Assembly (NCBI GenBank): GCA_963707025.1 | Contig: CAVPOM010000013.1 | Span: 1 to 64,000, forward strand | Direction of reading: 5' to 3' | Source of the DNA: an uncultured Verrucomicrobiae bacterium | GTDB lineage: Bacteria > Verrucomicrobiota > Verrucomicrobiia > Limisphaerales > Palsa-1400 | Length of the DNA stretch: 64,000 nucleotides | Part shown: piece after piece, positions 27,529 to 38,862 of the stretch | Numbering within the stretch: position 1 is the first letter of the stretch | How the letters are laid out: each line of letters opens with the position of its first letter | Program-made: the position numbers and the translations under genes | Notes under the pieces: model-generated | The model's input: the letters and a program-made list of their open reading frames with translations, nothing else | Told to the model about the DNA's origin: nothing | The model's database searches: none

Positions 27529-30186
27529 TCAACTCCCCAAGCCGTCCGGGGGTGTGGTGAGAGGGCTGGAAGGACGGTCAGGGGGTTTGATGACGGAGAC
27601 GACGAGGGCGCCCGGGGTGAGGTATTTGCAGGCGGCCTCGCGGACCTGCCCGGCGGTGACGGCTTCGTAGGCGGCATCCTCGGCGTCGAAATGCCGGTAG
27701 CCCAGCCCATAAAGTTCATCGAGGGCGACGCTCATGGCGTAGCCGCCCAAATCCTGGCGGGAGATTTTTCGCTGGCCGATGACTTTGGCCTTGGCGCGGC
27801 GCAGTTCTTCGGCGGTCAGGCCGCCGGCGCGAAGGAGTTCGGCTTCGGCCAGCAGTTCCTTTTCCACTTCGGCCAGTTTGTCGGGGGCGGTTCCGACGTA
27901 GAAAGCGAAGTAGCCGGGGGCCAGGCCGAGAAAGTTCTGCGCGCCGACGTAGTAGGCTAGGCCGAGTTTTTCGCGGATGCGAAGGAAGAGCCGGGAGCCC
28001 AGGTCGCTGCAGCCTTCCTGCAACAGTTCCAGCGGGTAGCGGTCGGCGTCGTGCAGGGTGGCGCCGGGGAAGCCGATGACGATGACCGCCTGGGCTTTGT
28101 CGCGGGTGTCGGCGACGCGCCTGATTTCAGTCAGGCCGGTGGATTTGGGCAGCGCCGGGATGACGGGGGCGGTTGGCTTCCAGCGGCCGAGATGTTGTTG
28201 GACGGCGGCCTTGACTTGGGCGGGGCGGATGTCGCCGAAGATGGCCAGGACGCAGTTGTTGGGGACGACGAGCTTTTTGTGGAAGCCGGCCAGGCTGGGC
28301 AGAGAGGCGGCTTGGACGCTTTGCTCGGTGCCGGAGGAATCCAGGCCATAGCCGGTGTCGCCAAAGAGGGCGCGGCGCATGGTCTGGCCGCACGATTGCA
28401 AAAGCTGGTCGCGTTGGGCGCGGATGGATTCCAACTGGATGCGGCGCTCGCGCTCGAACGGCCCGGAGGGAAAGGAGGGATGCAACAAGACATCGGCGAA
28501 GACGTCGAGGCCGGTTTTGAAATCGCCGCTCAGGACTTCCAGGTTCAGTCCAAAGCTGTTGTTGCCGCCAAAGGAATCAATGCTTCCGCCGATGGATTCG
28601 ATTTGCAGGGCGATTTGTTCGGCGGAGCGGCGGGAGGTGCCTTGGAGCAACATTTTGGTCATCAACTGGGTCAGGCCGTGATTTTGCAGGGTCTCGGCCA
28701 GCACGCCGCCCTGCAAGACGGAACGGATTTCCACGAAGGGCAGCCGGTGGTCTTCCTTGAGGAGGAGGCGCAGCCCGTTGGGGAGGACGATTTTTTGGAT
28801 GGCATTCTCGGAAAAGGCGGCGACGGACCCGGCGGCCTCGGGCGCGGCGCCGGCGGGCAGCAGGGCGTAGAGGGTGCGGCCGGCCGGCGTCAAGTATTGG
28901 CGCGCGACGCGGCGCACGGCGGCGGGAGTGACGCGCCGGATGGCGGCGAGGTAGCGCTCGGAAAAATTGAGGTCGTTGGCGGCGAGCCAGCTTGCGCCCA
29001 AATCCTGGGCCTGGCCCTGCATGGTTTTGCGGATGGAAAGGGCGCCGGCGATGAATTGTTTGACGACTTTGGCCAGTTCGGCGGCGGGCACGGGATGATT
29101 TTGCACGCGGCGGACTTCCGCCAGCAGGGCGTCGCGGGCGGGGATGAATTTGGGCGCGTCCACCACCCCGCTCATGCCGAACAAGCCCTGGTCGCCGGGG
29201 GTGTAGGTCCAGGCGTCGGCGGCGGTGACGAGGCCTTTTTTCTCGCGGACTTCACGAAAGAGGCGGGAGCTGCGGCCGTGGCCGAGGAGGGCGGCGAGAA
29301 TGTCCAGGGCCGGCATGTCGGGATGGCGCAGGTCGGGGATGTGCCAGGCGAAGTGAAAATGGGCCAGTTCGATGGGGGCTTCCTCGATGACTTCGCGCGG
29401 GGCGGTTTGGCGCGGCTCGGAGGGCAGGACGATGGGGGCGATGCCCCTGGCATTGGTCTGGGTGAAGGCTTGCTCAATTTGGGCCAGGACTTCGGCGGGC
29501 TGGATGTCGCCTACCACGACGATAAACATGTTGTTGGGAACGTAGCGTTCCCGGTAGTAGGCGCGGATGTCGGCGGGCTGGAGTTGGTTAAAGATTTCCA
29601 GGTAGCCGATGACGGTGAAACGGCAGGGGTTGCGGGTGTAGGCGCATTCAAAGAGGCGCTGCCCGGAGCGGCGGCCGGGATCGTCGCGGTTCATGTCCAT
29701 TTCGCGGCGGATGACCTCCAGTTCCTTGGCCAGCTCGGCCTCGGGCAGGCTGGCGTTTTGCATGATGTCGCAGAGAATATCAATGGCGACTTTGGCGCCG
29801 GTGTTGGGGACGTTGATATGAAAGACGGTGCGGTCAAAGGAGGTGTAGGCGTTCATGTAGCCGCCGGCGTCCTGCACTTCCTGGTCAATGCGGCTGCCGG
29901 GGCGGGTGGTGGTGCCTTTGAAAAGCATGTGCTCCAGAACGTGGGAAAGGCCGGCGCCCAGCCAGGGGCCTTCCATCATGCTGCCGGTGTGGCACCAGGC
30001 CTGGGCGGAAACGACGGGAGCGCTGGGATCCTGGCCGATGATCACGACCAGGCCGTTGTGCAGAGTGTGCAGGCGGACGCCAGCGGGCAGGGAGGGAATT
30101 GCGGATGGCGAATGGCGGCTGGCGGATTGGCGATTGCGGATCGGCGATTGCGGATTGCCGAATGCCGATTGCGGAGGGGTGCTCAT
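27529..30186 (-). CDS. M16 (pitrilysin/PqqL) zinc peptidase
   Basis: HVLEHMLFKGT; NAYTS; two-lobe architecture. Confidence 0.93.
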   Translation of the reverse strand: MSTPPQSAFGNPQSPIRNRQSASRHSPSAIPSLPAGVRLHTLHNGLVVIIGQDPSAPVVSAQAWCHTGSMMEGPWLGAGLSHVLEHMLFKGTTTRPGSRIDQEVQDAGGYMNAYTSFDRTVFHINVPNTGAKVAIDILCDIMQNASLPEAELAKELEVIRREMDMNRDDPGRRSGQRLFECAYTRNPCRFTVIGYLEIFNQLQPADIRAYYRERYVPNNMFIVVVGDIQPAEVLAQIEQAFTQTNARGIAPIVLPSEPRQTAPREVIEEAPIELAHFHFAWHIPDLRHPDMPALDILAALLGHGRSSRLFREVREKKGLVTAADAWTYTPGDQGLFGMSGVVDAPKFIPARDALLAEVRRVQNHPVPAAELAKVVKQFIAGALSIRKTMQGQAQDLGASWLAANDLNFSERYLAAIRRVTPAAVRRVARQYLTPAGRTLYALLPAGAAPEAAGSVAAFSENAIQKIVLPNGLRLLLKEDHRLPFVEIRSVLQGGVLAETLQNHGLTQLMTKMLLQGTSRRSAEQIALQIESIGGSIDSFGGNNSFGLNLEVLSGDFKTGLDVFADVLLHPSFPSGPFERERRIQLESIRAQRDQLLQSCGQTMRRALFGDTGYGLDSSGTEQSVQAASLPSLAGFHKKLVVPNNCVLAIFGDIRPAQVKAAVQQHLGRWKPTAPVIPALPKSTGLTEIRRVADTRDKAQAVIVIGFPGATLHDADRYPLELLQEGCSDLGSRLFLRIREKLGLAYYVGAQNFLGLAPGYFAFYVGTAPDKLAEVEKELLAEAELLRAGGLTAEELRRAKAKVIGQRKISRQDLGGYAMSVALDELYGLGYRHFDAEDAAYEAVTAGQVREAACKYLTPGALVVSVIKPPDRPSSPLTTPPDGLGS
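30101..30176. repeat. Degenerate 7-bp tandem repeat inside the M16 gene 5' end
   Basis: gcggatt/gcgatt-like units. Confidence 0.6.
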
Positions 30187-30217
30187 CCTTGGCGCCTGAA
30201 TTGGAATGGCTTCCGAA

Positions 30218-30634
30218 CTAGACTTCGACCGGTTTGGGCGGCGTCACGGCCCGACTCGAGGGAAGGAAGGGCTTGCGGAAGGCGTCGTCGAAGGTATAGC
30301 CGCTTTTGAAATGGTCGCGGTTGTCGCTGTCGGACTTGCCCTCGCAATGATGGGCGATCATGTTGAAGACAATCTCGCCGAAATCTTCGCAGCCGTGAAC
30401 GCCCCATTCGGCCAGCACGGTGGCGGCCATGGGCCCGTAGGTTTGCAGGGCGTAACGGCGCAGGCCGTCGAGCAACTCAGTGGTGCTGACATCGCGGGCC
30501 TCGTTTCGGGACCGGCCGCTGGCGCGGCGGGTGAAATCAAGGGCTTCGCGGACGAAAAAGTAGGCCTCGGCGTCAAAGCGCGGGTCGGCGGCGATGATTT
30601 CTTTGACGGATTGCTCGAAATTGAGGGGTTGCAT
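30218..30634 (-). CDS. Minf_1886 family (Verrucomicrobia/Planctomycetes-restricted) protein
   Basis: DPRF..AYFFVREALD..YGPMA..VL.EWGV..EDFGEIVFNMI. Confidence 0.85.
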   Translation of the reverse strand: MQPLNFEQSVKEIIAADPRFDAEAYFFVREALDFTRRASGRSRNEARDVSTTELLDGLRRYALQTYGPMAATVLAEWGVHGCEDFGEIVFNMIAHHCEGKSDSDNRDHFKSGYTFDDAFRKPFLPSSRAVTPPKPVEV

Positions 30635-30635
30635 A

Positions 30636-30767
30636 TCAGGTTTTTTGGACGAGCGGAACGGCGGCGGCGGGATGGGCGGCGCGCCAGGTTCTGACCGCCC
30701 AGCCGGTCAGCAGCAGAACAAAAATGAGGCAAAGCGCCATTTGTTCCTGTTTGGTGAGGAATCTCAC
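30636..30767 (-). CDS. Small single-TM protein
   Basis: FLTKQEQMALCLIFVLLLTGWAVR. Confidence 0.5.
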   Translation of the reverse strand: MRFLTKQEQMALCLIFVLLLTGWAVRTWRAAHPAAAVPLVQKT

Positions 30768-31001
30768 GCGGGCAATATACGCGCTTTCGCCGATTTCCAA
30801 AGAAAATTCGGGGCCAGGCCGGCCGCGAGATGCAAAAAAGGAGTTGATGCTGATGTTCCCCCGAATTGGTGGACGGGGGGCGGAGAACATGAGAAAGAAA
30901 AGCGGGTGTTGCTTGACGAAGGGTATGGGTGTGGTAAGGTTTTTCCTTACAACACACGCAGTTTGAGTGTTTGCTGGCGGACGCGCCAGCTTGATCCAAG
31001 G

Positions 31002-34000
31002 ATGAAACCGTTGGAAATCATGAGAAGTCTTTCGAGCGCAGGTTTGTCATTTTTCCTGGCGGTTTCGGCCTTCGCCCAAGTGACTTACACGGACACTTTC
31101 AGCACTTCGGCCAATTATCTCACGACTGGCGTGGCGGGGACGATGTGGGACGGCGTTTATCTCGGCGCAGGCGCGATTGCCAATGCGACGGGTGTCGGGT
31201 CGGCGGCGGGGACGGTTTCGGTGGCCAATGCGAATCTCACCGCCGCGAACACCTTGTCGGTGACGAGCCTGCAGACCGATTGGGAGAATGCGGCCGATGA
31301 CGGCTTTTTGCTGTTCAAGGTAATTACAGGCGATTTTGACATGAGCGTGCGGGTGGTGGCGCCCATCAATAGCAACGCCTATAATTTCCCCGGGCTGATG
31401 GTGCGGGCCTTTGGAGCGGGCGGGTCGCCCAGCCCGAACAACGCGGAGAATTCGTTTCTCTGGGCGCGCTTTAACCAGTACAGCATCGCCAATATGCTCA
31501 AGAACAATGTCAACGGGGTCAAGACCGACATGGGCGAAGGCGCCAATCCCAACACCAATTTTTGGCTGAGAATCACCCGTGCGGGCAATAATTTCACCCT
31601 CTACGAAAAGGGACCCGCCGGGGCGGCCTGGACCAATGTGGCGTCGTTGACCCGGAGTGACTTTGCCGGCCTGCCGTTGGAGGTGGGAATTGAACAGGCC
31701 GATTTTGCAGGCGGCGTCAGTTTGCCGGCCCAGTTTGCCAGTTTCAGTTTGATTGTGTCCAACCAGACGGCGGGCGCGACGCCGGCGGCGGCCAGCAGTT
31801 TGGTCATGACGACCAATGCCAATGGAACGATGACGTTGTCCTGGACGCCGGGAACGGGGAGCGCGGGGAGCGTGGCGGTGTTGTGGACCAACACGAATGT
31901 GGTGACGGTGATGCCGGCCAACGGCTTCACCTACACGGGCAACGCCAGCTATGGAGCGGGGAGCACGCTGCCGGGGGCGACTTGCGCGGTGGTCTATGCG
32001 GGGGCGGGCAGCAGCGTCACAGTGAGCAACCTGCTGCCGGGCGCGACTTACTACGCGGGCGTGTTTTCTTATGCGGGATCGGGGACTACTACCCGCTACA
32101 GCCATACTCCCGCCACGGCATCGCTGGCGATTCCGGCCCGGGGGATTTCGGGCGCGGTGGTTTTAAACCAAACCAATGTTTTTATCAACTTTACCGCCAA
32201 TCCCGGAGAGTGGTATTGGCTGCAGTATTCCGACACGATCGGCCCGGCGAACTGGCAGAACGTGGGCCTGCTTCCCACCATTGCCACCAATCTGATCATG
32301 ACCCTGGAGCACCTGGGCGGGGCGGGCGCCAGCCAGCGGTTTTACCGGCTGGCGCAGTTGGACCCGGAATTCGGCGTGCAAACTGGCAATGGCACCATCA
32401 CCAGCCTGGTGCGAAACGACGACGCCACCAACACGCAATACTTGTCGGGCGCGCTCGGGGCGGTGACTGTGCGGTACGGGGTCAACGGCACGACCTGGTA
32501 CACGGCCAACACCTCGCCATTGAGCGGCGCGACGGCGACTTATTCCACCAGCCCGGACGGAACGGTGCGGAGGGCCAATTATCAAATGACGGCCGGCTTG
32601 AGCAGCCCGCTGGTGATGGAATCGGATTTCGCCATGCAGCAGGCTTATTTGACCTGGACGCTGGGCTTGACGAACCTTGGCGCCAGCCCGGTGATTGTCG
32701 GGGATATGGCGGTGCAATTCCCGATGAACACGGCCACTCCTCAATACACCAGCAGCGTGTTCAAACACAGTGTCGTCTCCGGTTCCGGGTCCTTCATTTT
32801 CTGGATGCGCAACAACAGCGTGGGGCCTTATCTCCTTATGACGCCGGACGCGCAAACGCGGTTTGAATTCTGGGACGACCTGGGCAACGGCGGCGCCTAC
32901 GAGGCTTATATTCATTCCGCCGTGACCGGTCCGCAGGCCGGGGCACAATATCCCACGGTGACCAACAGCAATGCCCGTTGGCGGCTGCCCAACACGAGCC
33001 TGACGCTGGCGCCCGGAGCTTCCACCAACTACACGCTCAAATTCCAGTGGGTCAACGATTACAACGGGGTGCGCCAGGCCTTGGTCGCCGCGGGCAAGGT
33101 GGACGTGCATGTCGTGCCGGGGATGACCGTGCCGACCAACCTGTTTGCGGAAATAGCGTTGAACACGACGCAGCCAATCACCTCCATCACGGCGGAATTT
33201 CCGGCGGCGACCCAGCTTCAATCGCTGGGAGCCGGCGGCCCTTACCAGTTGTACAAGGTGCAATTCTCCCAATTGGGGGAAAACATGCTGGCGATTAACT
33301 ATGGCGCCAACCAGACCATGTACCTGGAGTTCTGCGTCACCGAGCCCATCGAGACGCTCTTCAAGAAACGGGCGGCCTTCCTGGTCAGCCACCAACAGTG
33401 GAAGGGCGTGACCAATTGGTTCAACGGTCTTTTCGCCGACTGGAACGAGAACGACCAATTCCTCAACAGCCCCACCAATTACGACACGATTTCAGGTTTT
33501 GTGGTCTATGAATGCGCCAGCGATGACGCCGGGGAATCGCGCCCGGCCTACATGGGGGAAAAGGAGTCGGTCTATCCGGTGCAAAGCGAAGTTTCCGCGC
33601 TGGACCTTTATATCACCAATTTCGTCTGGCCGCCCGGGGCGACGGGCGGGTTGCAGCGGAAAACCAACGAAACTTACTCCTACGGCGTCTATGGCATTAA
33701 CGACTGGCACCAATTGCGCGCGGCCGGGACGCTGAGCCTGGGGCGCGCCTACGATTACCCGCATATTGTTGACATGTGGTTGGGCATGTACCGGGTGGCC
33801 AAGTACAACCCGCAAATCATCACCGCCTGGGCCGCCACCAACTATCTGGAAGCCGCCTGGGGCACCGCTCTCGCCCTCTATACCGTGGCGGGCGCGGGCA
33901 ATTCCACTCCCGGCCTGATGAGCGAGGTGGTGTACTCCGATTTGCTGGCCGCCCTGCAGACCGAAGGCATGACCAGTCAGTACAATCAATTGCTCCCCTA

Positions 34001-35018
34001 CTGGGAATCCAAAGTCGCCTACTACGCCACCGGCAACCCGAACCTGTTCGGCTCCGAATACGGCTTTGACTCGACCGGCTTTGAAGCGACCGGGGCCTTC
34101 GCCAAATACGCCCTGACGCACGCCGGGTCGGACGCGGCCATGGGCTCGGCCAATCCGGCCCTCTTTCTCCAGCAGACGAGCAATTTCATGTCCACGGAGG
34201 TGACGGCCAATATGTTTGACAGAGGCTTCCTCGAAACGGCCTACTATCACTACGGCAGCGACTTTCGCTCCGGCGGCAGCGACAACTTCTGCCTGTCGTA
34301 CATGACGCAAATGGGCGGGTGGGGTCTGCTGGATTACGCCTTGAACTATGCCACCAATTTCCCGGACTATCTGCGCCTGGGCTACGGTTCCTTCCTGGCC
34401 GGCTGGAGCATCATGAACACCGGCACCCCGGCCTCCGATTACGGATTCTGGTATCACGGCTTGAACAATGACGGCGCGTGCGGCGGCGGCTACGAACCCC
34501 AGGCTTATTGGGATACGTGGCTGGGCCAGCCCACCCATCGCGGCCCCTGGTATTATTCCTGCGAACAAAACCTCGGCTTCTGCGGCGCGGTGCGGGAGGC
34601 GGCGACGGTGCTGGCGGACGACCCGATTTTCGGGCGGTTTTGCTTCGGGGGCACGGTGCAGACCAACGGCAGCGCCATGGAGATTGTGCCGCTGGACGGC
34701 ATCCGCCGCCGCTTCCACGCCCTGCTCGCCGGCGGGACGCTGCATATTATGCTTGACGCCGACCGGTTCGCGGCCGGCCAGCCGCTGGCGCTGAATTCCG
34801 ATTTGTCCGGGATCACCGTGCAGATCGAGAGCGACAATCCGGGGGCGCATGTTGTGCCGCTGCATTTATCCGCCCCGGTCAGCGGGACTTACACCATCAT
34901 GGCCGACGCGGCTGTGGTCGCCTCCGGCAGCCTGACGGCCGGGCAGGATACGCTCATTCAACTGCCGGTCCAGGCCGGGGCCAACACCGCGCCGGAGACG
35001 TTCAGCATTTCGTATTAA
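31002..35018 (+). CDS. Large secreted protein: ConA-like and Fn3-like domains plus a DUF5695-like glycosidase-type region
   Basis: Signal peptide; GDFDMSV; RAYDYPH, FGSEYGFDSTGFE, SYMTQMGGW, DDPIFG. Confidence 0.75.
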   Translation: MKPLEIMRSLSSAGLSFFLAVSAFAQVTYTDTFSTSANYLTTGVAGTMWDGVYLGAGAIANATGVGSAAGTVSVANANLTAANTLSVTSLQTDWENAADDGFLLFKVITGDFDMSVRVVAPINSNAYNFPGLMVRAFGAGGSPSPNNAENSFLWARFNQYSIANMLKNNVNGVKTDMGEGANPNTNFWLRITRAGNNFTLYEKGPAGAAWTNVASLTRSDFAGLPLEVGIEQADFAGGVSLPAQFASFSLIVSNQTAGATPAAASSLVMTTNANGTMTLSWTPGTGSAGSVAVLWTNTNVVTVMPANGFTYTGNASYGAGSTLPGATCAVVYAGAGSSVTVSNLLPGATYYAGVFSYAGSGTTTRYSHTPATASLAIPARGISGAVVLNQTNVFINFTANPGEWYWLQYSDTIGPANWQNVGLLPTIATNLIMTLEHLGGAGASQRFYRLAQLDPEFGVQTGNGTITSLVRNDDATNTQYLSGALGAVTVRYGVNGTTWYTANTSPLSGATATYSTSPDGTVRRANYQMTAGLSSPLVMESDFAMQQAYLTWTLGLTNLGASPVIVGDMAVQFPMNTATPQYTSSVFKHSVVSGSGSFIFWMRNNSVGPYLLMTPDAQTRFEFWDDLGNGGAYEAYIHSAVTGPQAGAQYPTVTNSNARWRLPNTSLTLAPGASTNYTLKFQWVNDYNGVRQALVAAGKVDVHVVPGMTVPTNLFAEIALNTTQPITSITAEFPAATQLQSLGAGGPYQLYKVQFSQLGENMLAINYGANQTMYLEFCVTEPIETLFKKRAAFLVSHQQWKGVTNWFNGLFADWNENDQFLNSPTNYDTISGFVVYECASDDAGESRPAYMGEKESVYPVQSEVSALDLYITNFVWPPGATGGLQRKTNETYSYGVYGINDWHQLRAAGTLSLGRAYDYPHIVDMWLGMYRVAKYNPQIITAWAATNYLEAAWGTALALYTVAGAGNSTPGLMSEVVYSDLLAALQTEGMTSQYNQLLPYWESKVAYYATGNPNLFGSEYGFDSTGFEATGAFAKYALTHAGSDAAMGSANPALFLQQTSNFMSTEVTANMFDRGFLETAYYHYGSDFRSGGSDNFCLSYMTQMGGWGLLDYALNYATNFPDYLRLGYGSFLAGWSIMNTGTPASDYGFWYHGLNNDGACGGGYEPQAYWDTWLGQPTHRGPWYYSCEQNLGFCGAVREAATVLADDPIFGRFCFGGTVQTNGSAMEIVPLDGIRRRFHALLAGGTLHIMLDADRFAAGQPLALNSDLSGITVQIESDNPGAHVVPLHLSAPVSGTYTIMADAAVVASGSLTAGQDTLIQLPVQAGANTAPETFSISY

Positions 35019-35451
35019 CAGCGCAGAGGCGGATTAACTTGGGTTCGAACGTCGAGATCTTGGTGGGGTCCCGGCCCGCCGGGGCTGCCCGCCGTCGGGT
35101 GTTGGCAGAGAATCCACGCCGCACAAGCGTCAGGCGGCGGGCATGCGCCGTGGCCAAGGCTATGGCGCGGATGGAGGACTGCCCGCCCCGCCACGCCTGA
35201 CTGAGGCATGGCCTCTTGAATTTATTTCCATTGTCCAACTGCAAGGAGGCCGCGCCTGACGGCGCTGAAGGCAACCGCCTTGATGGTTCGACCGGCTCTC
35301 CGCCCCGGCATGAGGCGTTCTTAATGTTCCACTTGATTTTGCTTATGCGTGGATTATGAGTAGGGATGTAGTCCGTTGAGCCGTCAAGTTGTCCGGCGAC
35401 GAGATTTCAAGTTTAAAGCGCGCAGAGAACCAACCCAGAAAGGACCCGACG

Positions 35452-38400
35452 ATGAAAATCAAACTGTTTGTACTTTTGACCACCCTGGCGGCAGGGCTGG
35501 CCGTGCCGCCCCGGGCCGCTGCCCAAGGGACGGCGTTCACTTATCAGGGCCGGCTCAATGACAGCGGTGCGCCCGGCCAATGGCAGCTACGACGTGCAAT
35601 TCATGCTCTACGATGCCAGCCTCGGCGGCAGCCAGGCCGGGCCGATTCTGACCAATGGCGCGACGGCGGTGAGCAACGGTTTGTTCACGGTGACGCTGGA
35701 TTTCGGGGCGGGCGTGTTCACGGGGAGCAATTACTGGCTGGATATTTCCGTGCGGACCAATGGCGGGGGCGCGTTCACCGAGTTGAGTCCGCGCCAGGAA
35801 TTGACGCCCGTGCCCTACGCCATCTTTGCCAACACCTCCAGCAACCTGTCCGGCACGGTGAGCGTGGCGCAGTTGAACGGCACGCTGACCAATGGCCAAC
35901 TGGCCCACTCGGCCGTCACGGTGGATGCCGGTCCGGGTTTGAGCGGCGGCGGCAAGGTGACGTTGGGGAACACGATAACGCTGACCAACGCCGGAGTGCT
36001 CTGGGTCACCGGCAACGCGGACATCACCGCCGTGCCGGTGGCCGGGGCGGTGACGCTGGGCGACACGGGCACCGACACCGACACGCCCGGCACCCTGGTC
36101 AAGCGCGACAGCAGCGGGAACTTTTCCGCCGCGACCATCACGCTCGATGGCAACTTGAACTTGCCGGTCACCACGGCCACCGCCGGCATCATTTATTCCG
36201 GGGGCAGCACCCTGATTCATTCCGACGGGTCGGCGAACTTTTTTGCCGGCGCCGGCGCGGGGAATCTGACGATGGGCGGGTACGAGAACACGGGCAATGG
36301 CTATGGGGCGCTGACGGCCAACACGAGCGGCGTGGCCAACACGGCCAGCGGCTTCGAGGCGCTTTCCTTCAACACGCTCGGCTTCTACAACACGGCTGAT
36401 GGCGCGGCTGCGCTTTACTTCAACACGAGTGGCGCCTACAACACGGCCGAAGGCTATCAAGCGCTTTATTCCAACACGAACGGTAACAATAACACCGCCA
36501 ATGGTGCGTTTGCGCTTGATATGAGCACAACCGGCAACTACGACACGGCGAACGGCGCGTTTTCACTTTCCTCCAACACGAACGGCTCCTACAACACGGC
36601 TGACGGCGCCTATGCGCTTAACGCCAACACGAGCGGTTCGGACAATACGGCCATCGGTTTTTCCGCGCTCCTCGACAACACCGACGGCTACGATAACACG
36701 GCCATCGGTTTTTACGCGCTTTATCGGACCCAGGGCTCCTTCAACACCGCCGCTGGCTCTGACGCACTTGGAAACAACACGAGCGGCTACGACAACACTG
36801 CGGTTGGCTCTGCCGCACTTGTAAACAACACCAACGGCGTGCAGAACACGGCCGTCGGCTCCACGGCGCTCAACCAAAACACGAGCGGTTACGGCAACAC
36901 CGCCAACGGCTTCCAGGCCCTTTACGGCAACACGAGCGGCGACTACAACACGGCCATGGGCCATAATGCGCTGTTCTCCAGCATGACCGGCATCCAGAAC
37001 ACGGCCATCGGCGTCCAGGCACTGGACTTCCTCACAAACGGTTCCTACAACACGGCCATCGGCTATAACGCGCTCGAGCTTCTAACCAGCGGCGATTTGA
37101 ACATTGCGCTGGGCTGGCTGGCCGGCCAAAGCGTCACCGCGGGCACAAACAACATCGAAATCGGCAACTATGGCAGCTCGTCGGACAACAACGTCATCCG
37201 GATCGGCAGCGACCAGAGCGCCGCCTATATCGCGGGAGTTATCAACGGCAACGGTGGGGGGTTGACCGCTCTCAACGCCTCGGCATTGTCCAACGGCGTG
37301 GTTCCGCTGGGGCAATTGCCGGGCGCGGTGGTGACGAACACCGAAACGGGTGTGACCTTAAGCGGCACATTCAACGGCAACGGCACGGGCTTGACCAATC
37401 TCAACGCCGCGCAATTGTCCAGCGGCCTGGTTCCGCTGGCGCGATTGCCGGGCGCAGTGGTGACGAACACCGAAACGGGTGTCACCTTAAGCGGCACGTT
37501 CAACGGCAACGGCACGGGCTTGACCAACCTCAATGTCACTGCCGCGCAATTGATCGGCACGGTGGCCAACAACCAATTGGCCAATAGTTCCATTACCGTC
37601 AACGCCGGCGCTGGCTTGAGCGGTGGTGGAGTCGTGGCCTTGGGGGGAACGACGACGCTGACCATTCCATCCGGCGGTGTCGCGAATTCCATGCTCGCCA
37701 ACCCTGCGATTACGATCAGCGCGGGCACGGGCCTGAGCGGCGGCGGCGCGGTCGCTCTGGGCGGGACGACCACGCTGAACAATGCCGGGGTCACTTCCCT
37801 GACTGGCGGCGGCGGGGTGACGGTTTCGGCTTCGAGCGGTTCGGTGACGCTGGGCAGCACGGCCGCCAGCGCCGACACGGCCAACGCCATCGTCAGCCGC
37901 GACGGCAGCGGGAGTTTCTCCGCCGGAAGCATCACCCTTGCCGGCACACTAACCCTGCCGGCAGCCCCGGTCACCATCTACTCCGGCGGTGTCGGGCTGG
38001 TGGATGCCGATGGCAGCGACAATTTCTTTGCCGGTCTGGGCGCAGGACCAGCCGTTAACGGCGGCGAAGATACGGGTGTCGGTTATGATGCGCTCAACCA
38101 ATCCACCGGCGTTCACAATTCAGGCATTGGCTATCAGGCGCTTTTTTCCAACAGTGGCGGCTCCTACAATGTGGCTGCTGGCAGCGAGGCGCTTTACTTA
38201 AACAATAACGGTAGCAACAATGTCGCGCTGGGTTATGAGGCCGGCTATAACATCACCTTCGGCAGCTCCAACATTGACATCGGCAACCTGGGCGTCGGTG
38301 GCGATGCCAATATCATCCGCATCGGCAGCGGGCAGACCAAGACCTTCATCGCCGGCATCTACGGACAAACCGTGAGCGGATCGGCGGTGACAGTGGACTC

Positions 38401-38821
38401 CTCCGGCAGGCTCGGCGTGGCCCCCTCGTCCCGGCGTTTCAAGCAGGACATTCAGAGCATGGAGGAGGCGAGCCGCGTGCTGCTGTCGCTCCGGCCCGTG
38501 ACCTTCAAATACAAACCGGGAATTGATCCCAAAGGCATGCCGCAATTCGGCCTGGTCGCCGAGGAGGTGGCCCAAGTGGACCCCGATTTGGTGGTGCGGG
38601 ACGAAAAGGGCCAGATTTTCACCGTCCGCTACGAAGCCGTAAACGCCATGCTCCTGAATGAATTCCTCAAGGAGCACAGCAGGGTCGAGGAACAGAACCG
38701 CAAGGTGGAGGAGCAGAACCGCAAGGTGGAGGAACAAAGCGCGGAGATTCAGCAGTTGAGTCAAAGCGTGCAGGAATTGAAGGCGATGGTGGCGCGGCTG
38801 GCGCAATCCCAAACGAAGTAA
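35452..38821 (+). CDS. Secreted repeat protein with C-terminal S74/ICA chaperone; +1 frameshift at ~35573
   Basis: GTAFTYQGRLN N-domain; 17-aa NTAxG repeats; SSRRFKQDI..LRPVTF..FGLVAEEV. It has one extra C relative to the paralog. Confidence 0.85.
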
Positions 38822-38862
38822 TTTTTTCCAGCAAATTCACCAAACACAAAAAGGACTCGACC

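Noticed and set aside
28051..30309. Long antisense ORFs here and at 23754-24908 and 53395-54800
   Set aside because: Shadows of well-supported genes in high-GC DNA.
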